Source: an uncultured Phycisphaerales bacterium
Lineage (GTDB): Bacteria > Planctomycetota > Phycisphaerae > Tepidisphaerales > Tepidisphaeraceae
Length of the DNA: 64,000 bases
Assembly (NCBI GenBank): GCA_963755915.1
Contig: CAVWLP010000002.1
Coordinates: 2,592,001-2,656,000, forward strand
Direction of reading: 5' to 3'
Within the stretch, counting starts at the first letter, position 1; every line of letters begins with the position of its first letter. The notes beneath the pieces were generated by a model. It saw nothing but the letters and a program-made list of their open reading frames with translations. It was not told the origin of the DNA and ran no database searches. The position numbers and the translations under genes are program-made. This document shows, one piece after another, positions 63,485 through 64,000 of the stretch.

Positions 63485-64000
63485 CCTGTCATTGTCAAAA
63501 GATCCAAACGATATAAAGAGGCGGCGAAGAATGCTGTGGTTGATTTGTTGCCCATCGACAAGGGGATTGAAGTCCTCAAGTCGTTTCCGGCGACGAAGTT
63601 TGATCAGTCTGTGGAGCTGATTTTCTCACTGGGGATTGATGCGAAGCAGGCGGATCAGATGATTCGCGGGTCGATCTCTTTGCCGCACGGCGTGGGGAAG
63701 ACCAAGCGGGTAATCGCGTTTTGCCCTGACCATCTTGTGGCGACGGCGACGGCGGCGGGGGCGATTCGGGCCGGCGGGCAGGATCTCGTCCAGGCGATCG
63801 AGAAGGAGAATTTTACGGATTTTGATGTGGCCGTGGCGACGCCGGACATGATGCGGTTTGTGGGCCGGCTGGGAAAGGTGCTGGGGCCGAAGGGTTTGAT
63901 GCCGTCGCCGAAGGCGGGGACGGTGACGCCGGACGTGGCCTCGGCGGTGAAAGAATATGCGGCGGGGAAGATTGAGTTTCGCAATGACACGGGCGGGAAT
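63482..64000 (+). CDS. rplA: 50S ribosomal protein L1; 3' partial
   Basis: KRSKRY, KFDQSVE, LGID...DQMIRGSISLPHGVGK and LGKVLGPKGLMPSPKAGTVT motifs. Confidence 0.97.
   Translation, partial: MPVIVKRSKRYKEAAKNAVVDLLPIDKGIEVLKSFPATKFDQSVELIFSLGIDAKQADQMIRGSISLPHGVGKTKRVIAFCPDHLVATATAAGAIRAGGQDLVQAIEKENFTDFDVAVATPDMMRFVGRLGKVLGPKGLMPSPKAGTVTPDVASAVKEYAAGKIEFRNDTGGN

Overview
A 64-kb segment of a high-GC bacterial chromosome, very probably a Planctomycetota (Phycisphaerae-like) genome, judged from the PEP-CTERM/dockerin-like proteins, the DUF1559-type prepilin protein and the style of the housekeeping genes. Housekeeping genes occupy both ends: on the left a transglutaminase, cinA, groES-groEL, an L-galactose/L-fucose-type oxidation operon and copC/copD; on the right lat, cstA, tRNA-Thr, tuf, rpmG, tRNA-Trp, secE, nusG, rplK and rplA. 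Single-base frameshifts break many essential genes (groES, groEL, tuf, rpmG, secE, rplK), so these are treated as sequencing/assembly indels, not pseudogenes. The middle (about 17-51 kb) is an island of 12 PEP-CTERM surface-protein genes plus one orphan fragment, and a thirteenth gene lies at 2.9 kb. Nine of the 13 genes fuse a different N-terminal cargo (trypsin-like protease, G1 glutamic peptidase, clan-A glycoside hydrolase, putative cohesin-like domain, Gly-rich rod, beta-helices, probable beta-propeller) to one homogenised C-terminal dockerin-like + PEP-CTERM module, whose core is exactly 291 nt in seven copies. The island also holds a vapBC-type toxin-antitoxin pair bracketed by two copies of that module, a mosaic orphan module, an internally deleted IS21 and tandem LuxR regulators. 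Other points of interest: a Cys-rich RGPP-ending leader ORF ahead of the copper genes, a TIR-like/TPR gene and a RAYT-like transposase after groEL, a DUF2278-phosphoesterase fusion, and a two-gene insert splitting rplK from rplA. All family calls come from motif recognition by eye; no searches were run.
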